A stretch of 64,000 bases of DNA from Laetmonice hystrix (lineage: Eukaryota), in contig OZ249436.1 in the NCBI GenBank assembly GCA_965235115.1, positions 24,926,001 to 24,990,000 of the forward strand. Reading direction: 5' to 3'. Position numbers and translations under genes: made by a program. Shown here piece after piece: positions 40,201 through 56,130 of the stretch. The notes below the pieces were generated by a model. It did no database searches and was not told the DNA's origin. It saw only the letters and a list, made by a program, of their open reading frames with translations. Numbering within the stretch: position 1 is the stretch's first letter; each line of letters begins with the position of its first letter.

Positions 40201-42098
40201 ATCTCACAGAAAATACCCCACCCGGGCACATAACCTGAAAATATTCAACTTTTATCTCCAATGTATCCCTGTGCACCTAGTAGCACCCAAGCGGGCCCAA
40301 TTTTGACATTCCAACACAAATACCGCAAATACCCGCCTAATGGCACAAAAAACTTTCTACCCCGTTGCAAGTCACATTAGCTTGCTGCTTGTCGTAAAAA
40401 ATGGTGCAGACCATTTCTAAAGTCACAGTACCCCACTCCCGGCCTAATATTACGTTTCAGTATCCATATACGCTGCAAGCGGCAGGAACTCGAATACAGG
40501 CCTAAAAGTAACCCCAGTCTAGCAATATCATACTCTCATGCCATATACGAGCTTGTAATTATCTTTAATTAATGGGCTCCGCAGCACCAACCCACTGCAT
40601 TAACATTTGTTTAACAGCTTAACGCACCTTGTAAAAAAATTTTCAAGTGCGTAAAAATGCGTGTCCACCTCCACATACTTTAAAAATCACTATACCCACC
40701 CAGCGACATTCACTCTAATACACGCCTAAGAGGAACTTCACTGTCCCATTTGATTCTCCAGCACGTATAGGATGTTTCAAGTAACATTTATCCACGGTCT
40801 GGCCCAATAACGTGCAACAAGGCATAGTAAGTCAATGCGAGCTCGCATGTCAAACCTAACCCGCCCCCCAGCACATGAGCTGAAAATATTCAAATAGCTT
40901 GAAAACTAGAATATAGCTTTGCTTAATACCATTATACCATCAACTCGCATTACAGGCCTAATGCGAAGCTCCCAGCCTAAAACGAGTTTCCAATTAATTT
41001 AAAGTTAACAAGATGCACTAATAATCGATTCCAAGCCTAATTAGGCCATTGCTAGTTGGATAACCAAATCTCATACAAAATACACCCTCCCGGCAGATGA
41101 CCTGAGAATATTCAACTCTTATGTCCGATATATCCCTGTCCGCTTAGTAGCACCCAGCCGGGCCCCCATTTTGACATTGCAACACCAATACAGCAAGTGC
41201 CCAGCTAACAGCACAAATAACAGGATTCAGGGCTTCCTACCACGTTACAAGTCACAATAGATTGCTGCCTGTCGTAAAAATATACCAGACCATTTTAAAA
41301 AGTCACAGAACCCCAATCCGGCCCTAATATGTCACTCCCAGTACCAATACACGCTGGAAGCACCATCAACTGAAATTCAGGCCTAGAACCCACCTCTCTC
41401 TACCAATATCATGCACCTAGTCCGTATACGAGGTTGTAATTTACTTTAATCAACGGGCTGCGCCGCAGCAACCCACTCTGGTCTTTGCAATCTTTTTCAA
41501 TATGCGTTAACATTTGTAACCAGCTCAACGCGCCTTGTAAAATTTTTCAAAGTGCGTAAAAGTGTGTGTCCATCCCGACACGCTTTCCAAACCACTATAC
41601 CCACCGAGCGACATCCACTCAAATACAGGCTTCGACCGATCCTCACTGTGCCAATAATCCGCCACAAGGCAAATTCAGTCAATGCAAGCTGGAAAATCGA
41701 ATGTCAAACCTAATGCTCCCCCCCCCCCCAGCACGTTAACTGAAAATAATCAACTAGCTTGAAAACTAGAATATAGCTTTGTTAAGCTAACAATCTACTC
41801 TCCCAGCGCCATCAACTCGCATACAGGCGTAAAAGCAAACGCACTGCCCCATATAATGCTTCCAGCCTAAAACGATGTTGCAATTAATTTAAAATTAACA
41901 AGATGCACTAGTAATCCGATCCAAGCCTAATTACGTCATTGCTAGTTTCATAACCAAATCTCACAGAAAATACCCCACCCGCGCACATAACCTGAAAATA
42001 TTCAACTTTTATCTCCAATGTATCCCTGTGCACCTAGTAGCACCCAAGCGGGCCCAATTTTGACATTCCAACACAAATACCGCAAATACCCGCCTAAT
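19296..42098. repeat. Higher-order block dominated by 'a-b-c' trimers (~5262 bp)
   Basis: Cycle of variants a (CAGCATAAAACG, TTCCTT), b (CCATCCCG, GTTAAGCT, GCTTCCAG) and c (AATACTCCC). b-type ORFs lie at 22204, 27466, 36234 and 41497. Confidence 0.85.
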
Positions 42099-45000
42099 GG
42101 CACAAAAAACTTTCTACCCCGTTGCAAGTCACATTAGCTTGCTGCTTGTCGTAAAAAATGGTGCAGACCATTTCTAAAGTCACAGTACCCCACTCCCGGC
42201 CTAATATTACGTTTCAGTATCCATATACGCTGCAAGCGGCAGGAACTCGAATACAGGCCTAAAAGTAACCCCAGTCTAGCAATATCATACTCTCATGCCA
42301 TATACGAGCTTGTAATTATCTTTAATTAATGGGCTCCGCAGCACCAACCCACTGCATTAACATTTGTTTAACAGCTTAACGCACCTTGTAAAAAATTTTC
42401 AAGTGCGTAAAAATGCGTGTCCACCTCCACATACTTTAAAAATCACTATACCCACCCAGCGACATTCACTCTAATACACGCCTAAGAGGAACTTCACTGT
42501 CCCATTTGATTCTCCAGCACGTATAGGATGTTTCAAGTAACATTTATCCACGGTCTGGCCCAATAACGTGCAACAAGGCATAGTAAGTCAATGCGACCTC
42601 GCATGTCAAACCTAACCCGCCCCCCAGCACATGAGCTGGAGATATTCAAATAGCTTGAAAACTAGAATATAGCTTTGCTTAATACCATTATACCATCAAC
42701 TCGCATTACAGGCCTAATGCGAAGCTCCCAGCCTAAAACGAGTTTCCAATTAATTTAAAGTTAACAAGATGCACTAATAATCGATTCCAAGCCTAATTAG
42801 GCCATTGCTAGTTGGATAACCAAATCTCATACAAAATACACCCTCCCGGCAGATGACCTGAGAATATTCAACTCTTATGTCCGATATATCCCTGTCCGCT
42901 TAGTAGCACCCAGCCGGGCCCCCATTTTGACATTGCAACACCAATACAGCAAGTGCCCAGCTAACAGCACAAATAACAGGATTCAGGGCTTCCTACCACG
43001 TTACAAGTCACAATAGATTGCTGCCTGTCGTAAAAATATACCAGACCATTTTAAAAAGTCACAGAACCCCAATCCGGCCCTAATATGTCACTCCCAGTAC
43101 CAATAGACGCTGGAAGCACCATCAACTGAAATTCAGGCCTAGAACCCACCTCTCTCTACCAATATCATGCACCTAGTCCGTATACGAGGTTGTAATTTAC
43201 TTTAATCAACGGGCTGCGCCGCAGCAACCCACTCTGGTCTTTGCAATCTTTTTCAATATGCGTTAACATTTGTGACCAGCTCAACGCGCCTTGTAAAATT
43301 TTTCAAAGTGCGTAAAAGTGTCTGTCCACCCCGACACGCTTTCCAAACCACTATACCCACCGAGCGACATCCACTCAAATACAGGCTTCGACCGATCCTC
43401 ACTGTGCCAATAATCCGCCACAAGGCAAATTCAGTCAATGCAAGCTGGAAAATCGAATGTCAAACCTAATGCTCCCCCCCCCCCAGCACGTTAACTGAAA
43501 AAAATCAACTAGCTTGAAAACTAGAATATAGCTTTGTTTAGCTAACAATCTACTCTCCCAGCGCCATCAACTCGCATACAGGCGTAAAAGCAAACGCACT
43601 GCCCCATATAATGCTCCCAGCCTAAGACGATGTTGCAATTAATTTAAGATTAACAAGATGCACTAGTAATCCGATCCAAGCCTAATTACGTCATTGCTAG
43701 TTTCATAACCAAATCTCACAGAAAATACCCCACCCGCGCACATAACCTGAAAATATTTAACTTTTATCTCCAATGTATCCCTGTGCACCTAGTAGCACAC
43801 AAGCGGGCCCAATTTTGACATCCCAACACAAATACCGCAAATACCCGCCTAATGGCACAAAAAACTTTCTACCCCGTTGCAAGTCACATTAGCGTGCTGC
43901 TTGTCGTAAAAAATGGTGCAGACCATTTCTAAAGTCACAGTACCCCACTCCCGGCCTAATATTACGTTTCAGTATCCATATACGCTGCAAGCGGCAGGAA
44001 CTCGAATACAGGCCTAAAAGTAACCTCAGTCTAGCAATATCATACTCCCATGCCATATACGAGCTTGTAATTATCTTTAATTAATGGGCTCCGCAGCACC
44101 AACCCACTGCATTAACATTTGTTTAACAGCTTAACGCACCTTGTAAAATTTTTTCAAGTGCGTAAAAATGCGTGTCCACCTCCACATACTTTAAAAATCA
44201 CTATACCCACCCAGCGACATCCACTCTAATACACGCCTAAAAGGAACTTCACTGTCCCATTTGATTCTCCAGCACGTATAGGATGTTTCAAGTAACATTC
44301 ATCCACGGTCTGGCCCAATAACGTGCAGCAAGGCATAGTAAGTCAATGCGAGCTCGCATGTCAAACCTAACCCGCCCCCAAGCACATGAGCTGAAAATAT
44401 TCAAATAGCTTGAAAACTAGAATATAGCTTTGCTTAATACCATTATACCATCAACTCGCATTACAGGCCTAATGCGAAGCTCCCAGCCTAAAACGAGTTT
44501 CCAAATAATTTAAAGTTAACAAGATGCACTAATAATCGATTCCAAGCCTAATTAGGCCATTGCTAGTTGGATAACCAAATCTCATACAAAATACACCCTC
44601 CCGGCAGATGACCTGAGAATATTTAACTCTTATGTCCGATATATCCCTGTCTGCTTAGTAGCACCCAGCCGGGCCCCCATTTTGACATTGCAACACCAAT
44701 ACAGCAAGTGCCCAGCTAACAGCACAAATAACAGGATTCAGGGCTTCCTACCACGTTACAAGTCACAATAGATTGCTGCCTGTCGTAAAAATATACCAGA
44801 CCATTTTAAAAAGTCACAGAACCCCAATCCGGCCCTAATATGTCACTCCCAGTACCAATACACGCTGGAAGCACCATCAACTGAAATTCAGGCCTAGAAC
44901 CCACCTCTCTCTACCAATATCATGCACCTAGTCCGTATACGAGGTTGTAATTTACTTTAATCAACGGGCTGTGCCGCAGCAACCCACTCTGGTCTTTGCA

Positions 45001-48000
45001 ATCTTTTTCAATATGCGTTAACATTTGTAACCAGCTCAACGCGCCTTGTAAAATTTTTCAAAGTGCGTAAAGTGTGTGTCCACCCCGACACGCTTTCCAA
45101 ACCACTATACCCACAGAGCGACATCCACTCAAATACAGGCTTCGACCGATCCTCACTGTGCCAATAATCCGCCACAAGGCAAATTCAGTCAATGCAAGCT
45201 GGAAAATCGAATGTCAAACCTAATACTCCCCCCCCCCCAGCACGTTAACTGAAAATAATCAACTAGCTTGAAAACTAGAATATAGCTTTGTTTAGCTAAC
45301 AATCTACTCTCCCAGCGCCATCAACTCGCATACAGGCGTAAAAGCAAACGCACTGCCCCATATAATGCTCCCAGCCTAAAACGATGTTGCAATTAATTTA
45401 AAATTAACAAGATGCACTAGTAATCCGATCCAAGCTTAATTACGTCATTGCTAGTTTCATAATCAAATCTCACAGAAAATACCCTTCCCGGGCAGATAAC
45501 CTGAAAATATTCAACTTTTATCTCCAATGTATCCCTGTGCACCTAGTAGCACACAAGCGGGCCCAATTTTGACATTCCAAGACAAAAACCGCAAATACCC
45601 GCCTAATGGCACAGAAAACTTTCTACCCCGTTGCAAGTCACATTAGCTTGCTGCTTGTCGTAAAAAATGGTGCAGACCATTTCTAAAGTCACAGTACCCC
45701 ACTCCCGGCCTAATATTACGTTTCAGTATCCATATACGCTGCAAGCGGCAGGAACTCGAATACAGGCCTAAAAGTAACCCCAGTCTAGCAATATCATACT
45801 CCCATGCCATATACGAGCTTGTAATTATCTTTAATTAATGGGCTCCGCAGCACCAACCCACTGCATTAACATTTGTTTAACAGCTTAACGCACCTTGTAA
45901 AATTTGTTCAAGTGCGTAAAAATGCGTGTCCACCTCCACATACTTTAAAAATCACTATACCCACCCAGCGACATCCACTCTAATACACGCCTAAAAGGAA
46001 CTTCACTGTCCCATTTGATTCTCCAGCACGTATAGGATGTTTCAAGTAACATTCATCCACGGTCTGGCCCAATAACGTGCAACAAGGCATAGTAAGTCAA
46101 TGCGAGCTCGCATGTCAAACCTAACCCGCCCCCAAGCACATGAGCTGAAAATATTCAAATAGCTTGAAAACTAGAATATAGCTTTGCTTAATACCATTAT
46201 ACCATCAACTCGCATTACAGGCCTAATGCGAAGCTCCCAGCCTAAAACGAGTTTCCAATTAATTTAAAGTTAACAAGATGCACTAATAATCGATTCCAAG
46301 CCTAATTAGGCCATTGCTAGTTGGATAACCAAATCTCATACAAAATACACCCTCCCGGCAGATGACCTGAGAATATTCAACTCTTATGTCCGATATATCC
46401 CTGTCCGCTTAGTAGCACCCAGCCGGGCCCCCATTTTGACATTGCAACACCAATACAGCAAGTGCCCAGCTAACAGCACAAATAACAGGATTCAGGGCTT
46501 CCTACCACGTTACAAGTCACAATAGATTGCTGCCTGTCGTAAAAATATACCAGACCATTTTAAAAAGTCACAGAACCCCAATCCGGCCCTAATATGTCAC
46601 TCCCAGTACCAATAGACGCTGGAAGCACCATCAACTGAAATTCAGGCCTAGAACCCACCTCTCTCTACCAATATCATGCACCTAGTCCGTATACGAGGTT
46701 GTAATTTACTTTAATCAACGGGCTGCGCCGCAGCAACCCACTCTGGTCTTTGCAATCTTTTTCAATATGCGTTAACATTTGTGACCAGCTCAACGCGCCT
46801 TGTAAAATTTTTCAAAGTGCGTAAAAGTGTCTGTCCACCCCGACACGCTTTCCAAACCACTATACCCACCGAGCGACATCCACTCAAATACAGGCTTCGA
46901 CCGATCCTCACTGTGCCAATAATCCGCCACAAGGCAAATTCAGTCAATGCAAGCTGGAAAATCGAATGTCAAACCTAATGCTCCCCCCCCCAGCACGTTA
47001 ACTGAAAAAAATCAACTAGCTTGAAAACTAGAATATAGCTTTGTTTAGCTAACAATCTACTCTCCCAGCGCCATCAACTCGCATACAGGCGTAAAAGCAA
47101 ACGCACTGCCCCATATAATGCTCCCAGCCTAAGACGATGTTGCAATTAATTTAAGATTAACAAGATGCACTAGTAATCCGATCCAAGCCTAATTACGTCA
47201 TTGCTAGTTTCATAACCAAATCTCACAGAAAATACCCCACCCGCGCACATAACCTGAAAATATTTAACTTTTATCTCCAATGTATCCCTGTGCACCTAGT
47301 AGCACACAAGCGGGCCCAATTTTGACATCCCAACACAAATACCGCAAATACCCGCCTAATGGCACAAAAAACTTTCTACCCCGTTGCAAGTCACATTAGC
47401 GTGCTGCTTGTCGTAAAAAATGGTGCAGACCATTTCTAAAGTCACAGTACCCCACTCCCGGCCTAATATTACGTTTCAGTATCCATATACGCTGCAAGCG
47501 GCAGGAACTCGAATACAGGCCTAAAAGTAACCCCAGTCTAGCAATATCATACTCCCATGCCATATACGAGCTTGTAATTATCTTTAATTAATGGGCTCCG
47601 CAGCACCAACCCACTGCATTAACATTTGTTTAACAGCTTAACGCACCTTGTAAAATTTGTTCAAGTGCGTAAAAATGCGTGTCCACCTCCACATACTTTA
47701 AAAATCACTATACCCACCCAGCGACATCCACTCTAATACACGCCTAAAAGGAACTTCACTGTCCCATTTGATTCTCCAGCACGTATAGGATGTTTCAAGT
47801 AACATTCATCCACGGTCTGGCCCAATAACGTGCAACAAGGCATAGTAAGTCAATGCGAGCTCGCATGTCAAACCTAACCCGCCCCCAAGCACATGAGCTG
47901 AAAATATTCAAATAGCTTGAAAACTAGAATATAGCTTTGCTTAATACCATTATACCATCAACTCGCATTACAGGCCTAATGCGAAGCTCCCAGCCTAAAA

Positions 48001-51000
48001 CGAGTTTCCAATTAATTTAAAGTTAACAAGATGCACTAATAATCGATTCCAAGCCTAATTAGGCCATTGCTAGTTGGATAACCAAATCTCATACAAAATA
48101 CACCCTCCCGGCAGATGACCTGAGAATATTCAACTCTTATGTCCGATATATCCCTGTCCGCTTAGTAGCACCCAGCCGGGCCCCCATTTTGACATTGCAA
48201 CACCAATACAGCAAGTGCCCAGCTAACAGCACAAATAACAGGATTCAGGGCTTCCTACCACGTTACAAGTCACAATAGATTGCTGCCTGTCGTAAAAATA
48301 TACCAGACCATTTTAAAAAGTCACAGAACCCCAATCCGGCCCTAATATGTCACTCCCAGTACCAATAGACGCTGGAAGCACCATCAACTGAAATTCAGGC
48401 CTAGAACCCACCTCTCTCTACCAATATCATGCACCTAGTCCGTATACGAGGTTGTAATTTACTTTAATCAACGGGCTGCGCCGCAGCAACCCACTCTGGT
48501 CTTTGCAATCTTTTTCAATATGCGTTAACATTTGTGACCAGCTCAACGCGCCTTGTAAAATTTTTCAAAGTGCGTAAAAGTGTCTGTCCACCCCGACACG
48601 CTTTCCAAACCACTATACCCACCGAGCGACATCCACTCAAATACAGGCTTCGACCGATCCTCACTGTGCCAATAATCCGCCACAAGGCAAATTCAGTCAA
48701 TGCAAGCTGGAAAATCGAATGTCAAACCTAATGCTCCCCCCCCCCCAGCACGTTAACTGAAAAAAATCAACTAGCTTGAAAACTAGAATATAGCTTTGTT
48801 TAGCTAACAATCTACTCTCCCAGCGCCATCAACTCGCATACAGGCGTAAAAGCAAACGCACTGCCCCATATAATGCTCCCAGCCTAAGACGATGTTGCAA
48901 TTAATTTAAGATTAACAAGATGCACTAGTAATCCGATCCAAGCCTAATTACGTCATTGCTAGTTTCATAACCAAATCTCACAGAAAATACCCCACCCGCG
49001 CACATAACCTGAAAATATTTAACTTTTATCTCCAATGTATCCCTGTGCACCTAGTAGCACACAAGCGGGCCCAATTTTGACATCCCAACACAAATACCGC
49101 AAATACCCGCCTAATGGCACAAAAAACTTTCTACCCCGTTGCAAGTCACATTAGCGTGCTGCTTGTCGTAAAAAATGGTGCAGACCATTTCTAAAGTCAC
49201 AGTACCCCACTCCCGGCCTAATATTACGTTTCAGTATCCATATACGCTGCAAGCGGCAGGAACTCGAATACAGGCCTAAAAGTAACCTCAGTCTAGCAAT
49301 ATCATACTCCCATGCCATATACGAGCTTGTAATTATCTTTAATTAATGGGCTCCGCAGCACCAACCCACTGCATTAACATTTGTTTAACAGCTTAACGCA
49401 CCTTGTAAAATTTTTTCAAGTGCGTAAAAATGCGTGTCCACCTCCACATACTTTAAAAATCACTATACCCACCCAGCGACATCCACTCTAATACACGCCT
49501 AAAAGGAACTTCACTGTCCCATTTGATTCTCCAGCACGTATAGGATGTTTCAAGTAACATTCATCCACGGTCTGGCCCAATAACGTGCAGCAAGGCATAG
49601 TAAGTCAATGCGAGCTCGCATGTCAAACCTAACCCGCCCCCAAGCACATGAGCTGAAAATATTCAAATAGCTTGAAAACTAGAATATAGCTTTGCTTAAT
49701 ACCATTATACCATCAACTCGCATTACAGGCCTAATGCGAAGCTCCCAGCCTAAAACGAGTTTCCAATTAATTTAAAGTTAACAAGATGCACTAATAATCG
49801 ATTCCAAGCCTAATTAGGCCATTGCTAGTTGGATAACCAAATCTCATACAAAATACACCCTCCCGGCAGATGACCTGAGAATATTCAACTCTTATGTCCG
49901 ATATATCCCTGTCCGCTTAGTAGCACCCAGCCGGGCCCCCATTTTGACATTGCAACACCAATACAGCAAGTGCCCAGCTAACAGCACAAATAACAGGATT
50001 CAGGGCTTCCTACCACGTTACAAGTCACAATAGATTGCTGCCTGTCGTAAAAATATACCAGACCATTTTAAAAAGTCACAGAACCCCAATCCGGCCCTAA
50101 TATGTCACTCCCAGTACCAATACACGCTGGAAGCACCATCAACTGAAATTCAGGCCTAGAACCCACCTCTCTCTACCAATATCATGCACCTAGTCCGTAT
50201 ACGAGGTTGTAATTTACTTTAATCAACGGGCTGCGCCGCAGCAACCCACTCTGGTCTTTGCAATCTTTTTCAATATGCGTTAACATTTGTGACCAGCTCA
50301 ACGCGCCTTGTAAAATTTTTCAAAGTGCGTAAAAGTGTGTGTCCACCCCGACACGCTTTCCAAACCACTATACCCACCGAGCGACATCCACTCAAATACA
50401 GGCTTCGACCGATCCTCACTGTGCCAATAATCCGCCACAAGGCAAATTCAGTCAATGCAAGCTGGAAAATCGAATGTCAAACCTAATGCTCCCCCCCCCA
50501 GCACGTTAACTGAAAAAAATCAACTAGCTTGAAAACTAGAATATAGCTTTGTTTAGCTAACAATCTACTCTCCCAGCGCCATCAACTCGCATACAGGCGT
50601 AAAAGCAAACGCACTGCCCCATATAATGCTCCCAGCCTAAGACGATGTTGCAATTAATTTAAGATTAACAAGATGCACTAGTAATCCGATCCAAGCCTAA
50701 TTACGTCATTGCTAGTTTCATAACCAAATCTCACAGAAAATACCCCACCCGCGCACATAACCTGAAAATATTCAACTTTTATCTCCAATGTATCCCTGTG
50801 CACCTAGTAGCACCCAAGCGGGCCCAATTTTGACATTCCAACACAAATACCGCAAATACCCGCCTAATGGCACAAAAAAACTTTCTACCCCGTTGCAAGT
50901 CACATTAGCTTGCTGCTTGTCGTAAAAAATGGTGCAGACCATTTCTAAAGTCACAGTACCCCACTCCCGGCCTAATATTACGTTTCAGTATCCATATACG

Positions 51001-51100
51001 CTGCAAGCGGCAAGAACTCGAATACAGGCCTAAAAGTAACCCCAGTCTAGCAATATCATACTCTCATGCCATATACGAGCTTGTAATTATCTTTAATTAA
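38590..51100. repeat. Second copy of the variant order in 1..~12500 (offset ~38589 bp = 22 monomers)
   Basis: Same order of monomer types (a,b,d,rare,d,d,e), including the rare monomer at 5265-7018 and 43854-45607. Confidence 0.88.
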
Positions 51101-54100
51101 TGGGCTCCGCAGCACCAACCCACTGCATTAACATTTGTTTAACAGCTTAACGCACCTTGTAAAATTTGTTCAAGTGCGTAAAAATGCGTGTCCACCTCCA
51201 CATACTTTAAAAATCACTATACCCACCCAGCGACATCCACTCTAATACACGCCTAAAAGGAACTTCACTGTCCCATTTGATTCTCCAGCACGTATAGGAT
51301 GTTTCAAGTAACATTCATCCACGGTCTGGCCCAATAACGTGCAACAAGGCATAGTAAGTCAATGCGAGCTCGCATGTCAAACCTAACCCGCCCCCAAGCA
51401 CATGAGCTGAAAATATTCAAATAGCTTGAAAACTAGAATATAGCTTTGCTTAATACCATTATACCATCAACTCGCATTACAGGCCTAATGCGAAGCTCCC
51501 AGCCTAAAACGAGTTTCCAATTAATTTAAAGTTAACAAGATGCACTAATAATCGATTCCAAGCCTAATTAGGCCATTGCTAGTTGGATAACCAAATCTCA
51601 TACAAAATACACCCTCCCGGCAGATGACCTGAGAATATTCAACTCTTATGTCCGATATATCCCTGTCCGCTTAGTAGCACCCAGCCGGGCCCCCATTTTG
51701 ACATTGCAACACCAATACAGCAAGTGCCCAGCTAACAGCACAAATAACAGGATTCAGGGCTTCCTACCACGTTACAAGTCACAATAGATTGCTGCCTGTC
51801 GTAAAAATATACCAGACCATTTTAAAAAGTCACAGAACCCCAATCCGGCCCTAATATGTCACTCCCAGTACCAATAGACGCTGGAAGCACCATCAACTGA
51901 AATTCAGGCCTAGAACCCACCTCTCTCTACCAATATCATGCACCTAGTCCGTATACGAGGTTGTAATTTACTTTAATCAACGGGCTGCGCCGCAGCAACC
52001 CACTCTGGTCTTTGCAATCTTTTTCAATATGCGTTAACATTTGTGACCAGCTCAACGCGCCTTGTAAAATTTTTCAAAGTGCGTAAAAGTGTCTGTCCAC
52101 CCCGACACGCTTTCCAAACCACTATACCCACCGAGCGACATCCACTCAAATACAGGCTTCGACCGATCCTCACTGTGCCAATAATCCGCCACAAGGCAAA
52201 TTCAGTCAATGCAAGCTGGAAAATCGAATGTCAAACCTAATGCTCCCCCCCCCAGCACGTTAACTGAAAAAAATCAACTAGCTTGAAAACTAGAATATAG
52301 CTTTGTTTAGCTAACAATCTACTCTCCCAGCGCCATCAACTCGCATACAGGCGTAAAAGCAAACGCACTGCCCCATATAATGCTCCCAGCCTAAGACGAT
52401 GTTGCAATTAATTTAAGATTAACAAGATGCACTAGTAATCCGATCCAAGCCTAATTACGTCATTGCTAGTTTCATAACCAAATCTCACAGAAAATACCCC
52501 ACCCGCGCACATAACCTGAAAATATTTAACTTTTATCTCCAATGTATCCCTGTGCACCTAGTAGCACACAAGCGGGCCCAATTTTGACATCCCAACACAA
52601 ATACCGCAAATACCCGCCTAATGGCACAAAAAACTTTCTACCCCGTTGCAAGTCACATTAGCGTGCTGCTTGTCGTAAAAAATGGTGCAGACCATTTCTA
52701 AAGTCACAGTACCCCACTCCCGGCCTAATATTACGTTTCAGTATCCATATACGCTGCAAGCGGCAGGAACTCGAATACAGGCCTAAAAGTAACCCCAGTC
52801 TAGCAATATCATACTCCCATGCCATATACGAGCTTGTAATTATCTTTAATTAATGGGCTCCGCAGCACCAACCCACTGCATTAACATTTGTTTAACAGCT
52901 TAACGCACCTTGTAAAATTTGTTCAAGTGCGTAAAAATGCGTGTCCACCTCCACATACTTTAAAAATCACTATACCCACCCAGCGACATCCACTCTAATA
53001 CACGCCTAAAAGGAACTTCACTGTCCCATTTGATTCTCCAGCACGTATAGGATGTTTCAAGTAACATTCATCCACGGTCTGGCCCAATAACGTGCAACAA
53101 GGCATAGTAAGTCAATGCGAGCTCGCATGTCAAACCTAACCCGCCCCCAAGCACATGAGCTGAAAATATTCAAATAGCTTGAAAACTAGAATATAGCTTT
53201 GCTTAATACCATTATACCATCAACTCGCATTACAGGCCTAATGCGAAGCTCCCAGCCTAAAACGAGTTTCCAATTAATTTAAAGTTAACAAGATGCACTA
53301 ATAATCGATTCCAAGCCTAATTAGGCCATTGCTAGTTGGATAACCAAATCTCATACAAAATACACCCTCCCGGCAGATGACCTGAGAATATTCAACTCTT
53401 ATGTCCGATATATCCCTGTCCGCTTAGTAGCACCCAGCCGGGCCCCCATTTTGACATTGCAACACCAATACAGCAAGTGCCCAGCTAACAGCACAAATAA
53501 CAGGATTCAGGGCTTCCTACCACGTTACAAGTCACAATAGATTGCTGCCTGTCGTAAAAATATACCAGACCATTTTAAAAAGTCACAGAACCCCAATCCG
53601 GCCCTAATATGTCACTCCCAGTACCAATAGACGCTGGAAGCACCATCAACTGAAATTCAGGCCTAGAACCCACCTCTCTCTACCAATATCATGCACCTAG
53701 TCCGTATACGAGGTTGTAATTTACTTTAATCAACGGGCTGCGCCGCAGCAACCCACTCTGGTCTTTGCAATCTTTTTCAATATGCGTTAACATTTGTGAC
53801 CAGCTCAACGCGCCTTGTAAAATTTTTCAAAGTGCGTAAAAGTGTCTGTCCACCCCGACACGCTTTCCAAACCACTATACCCACCGAGCGACATCCACTC
53901 AAATACAGGCTTCGACCGATCCTCACTGTGCCAATAATCCGCCACAAGGCAAATTCAGTCAATGCAAGCTGGAAAATCGAATGTCAAACCTAATGCTCCC
54001 CCCCCCCCAGCACGTTAACTGAAAAAAATCAACTAGCTTGAAAACTAGAATATAGCTTTGTTTAGCTAACAATCTACTCTCCCAGCGCCATCAACTCGCA

Positions 54101-56130
54101 TACAGGCGTAAAAGCAAACGCACTGCCCCATATAATGCTCCCAGCCTAAGACGATGTTGCAATTAATTTAAGATTAACAAGATGCACTAGTAATCCGATC
54201 CAAGCCTAATTACGTCATTGCTAGTTTCATAACCAAATCTCACAGAAAATACCCCACCCGCGCACATAACCTGAAAATATTTAACTTTTATCTCCAATGT
54301 ATCCCTGTGCACCTAGTAGCACACAAGCGGGCCCAATTTTGACATCCCAACACAAATACCGCAAATACCCGCCTAATGGCACAAAAAACTTTCTACCCCG
54401 TTGCAAGTCACATTAGCGTGCTGCTTGTCGTAAAAAATGGTGCAGACCATTTCTAAAGTCACAGTACCCCACTCCCGGCCTAATATTACGTTTCAGTATC
54501 CATATACGCTGCAAGCGGCAGGAACTCGAATACAGGCCTAAAAGTAACCTCAGTCTAGCAATATCATACTCCCATGCCATATACGAGCTTGTAATTATCT
54601 TTAATTAATGGGCTCCGCAGCACCAACCCACTGCATTAACATTTGTTTAACAGCTTAACGCACCTTGTAAAATTTTTTCAAGTGCGTAAAAATGCGTGTC
54701 CACCTCCACATACTTTAAAAATCACTATACCCACCCAGCGACATCCACTCTAATACACGCCTAAAAGGAACTTCACTGTCCCATTTGATTCTCCAGCACG
54801 TATAGGATGTTTCAAGTAACATTCATCCACGGTCTGGCCCAATAACGTGCAGCAAGGCATAGTAAGTCAATGCGAGCTCGCATGTCAAACCTAACCCGCC
54901 CCCAAGCACATGAGCTGAAAATATTCAAATAGCTTGAAAACTAGAATATAGCTTTGCTTAATACCATTATACCATCAACTCGCATTACAGGCCTAATGCG
55001 AAGCTCCCAGCCTAAAACGAGTTTCCAATTAATTTAAAGTTAACAAGATGCACTAATAATCGATTCCAAGCCTAATTAGGCCATTGCTAGTTGGATAACC
55101 AAATCTCATACAAAATACACCCTCCCGGCAGATGACCTGAGAATATTCAACTCTTATGTCCGATATATCCCTGTCCGCTTAGTAGCACCCAGCCGGGCCC
55201 CCATTTTGACATTGCAACACCAATACAGCAAGTGCCCAGCTAACAGCACAAATAACAGGATTCAGGGCTTCCTACCACGTTACAAGTCACAATAGATTGC
55301 TGCCTGTCGTAAAAATATACCAGACCATTTTAAAAAGTCACAGAACCCCAATCCGGCCCTAATATGTCACTCCCAGTACCAATACACGCTGGAAGCACCA
55401 TCAACTGAAATTCAGGCCTAGAACCCACCTCTCTCTACCAATATCATGCACCTAGTCCGTATACGAGGTTGTAATTTACTTTAATCAACGGGCTGCGCCG
55501 CAGCAACCCACTCTGGTCTTTGCAATCTTTTTCAATATGCGTTAACATTTGTGACCAGCTCAACGCGCCTTGTAAAATTTTTCAAAGTGCGTAAAAGTGT
55601 GTGTCCACCCCGACACGCTTTCCAAACCACTATACCCACCGAGCGACATCCACTCAAATACAGGCTTCGACCGATCCTCACTGTGCCAATAATCCGCCAC
55701 AAGGCAAATTCAGTCAATGCAAGCTGGAAAATCGAATGTCAAACCTAATGCTCCCCCCCCCAGCACGTTAACTGAAAAAAATCAACTAGCTTGAAAACTA
55801 GAATATAGCTTTGTTTAGCTAACAATCTACTCTCCCAGCGCCATCAACTCGCATACAGGCGTAAAAGCAAACGCACTGCCCCATATAATGCTCCCAGCCT
55901 AAGACGATGTTGCAATTAATTTAAGATTAACAAGATGCACTAGTAATCCGATCCAAGCCTAATTACGTCATTGCTAGTTTCATAACCAAATCTCACAGAA
56001 AATACCCCACCCGCGCACATAACCTGAAAATATTCAACTTTTATCTCCAATGTATCCCTGTGCACCTAGTAGCACCCAAGCGGGCCCAATTTTGACATTC
56101 CAACACAAATACCGCAAATACCCGCCTAAT
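45608..56130. repeat. Two directly adjacent 'd-d-e' trimers (45608-50868, 50869-56130)
   Basis: GGQ, GGQ, GGH+60aa pattern occurs twice; the 60-aa ORFs at 50772 and 56034 are 5262 bp apart. Confidence 0.85.
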
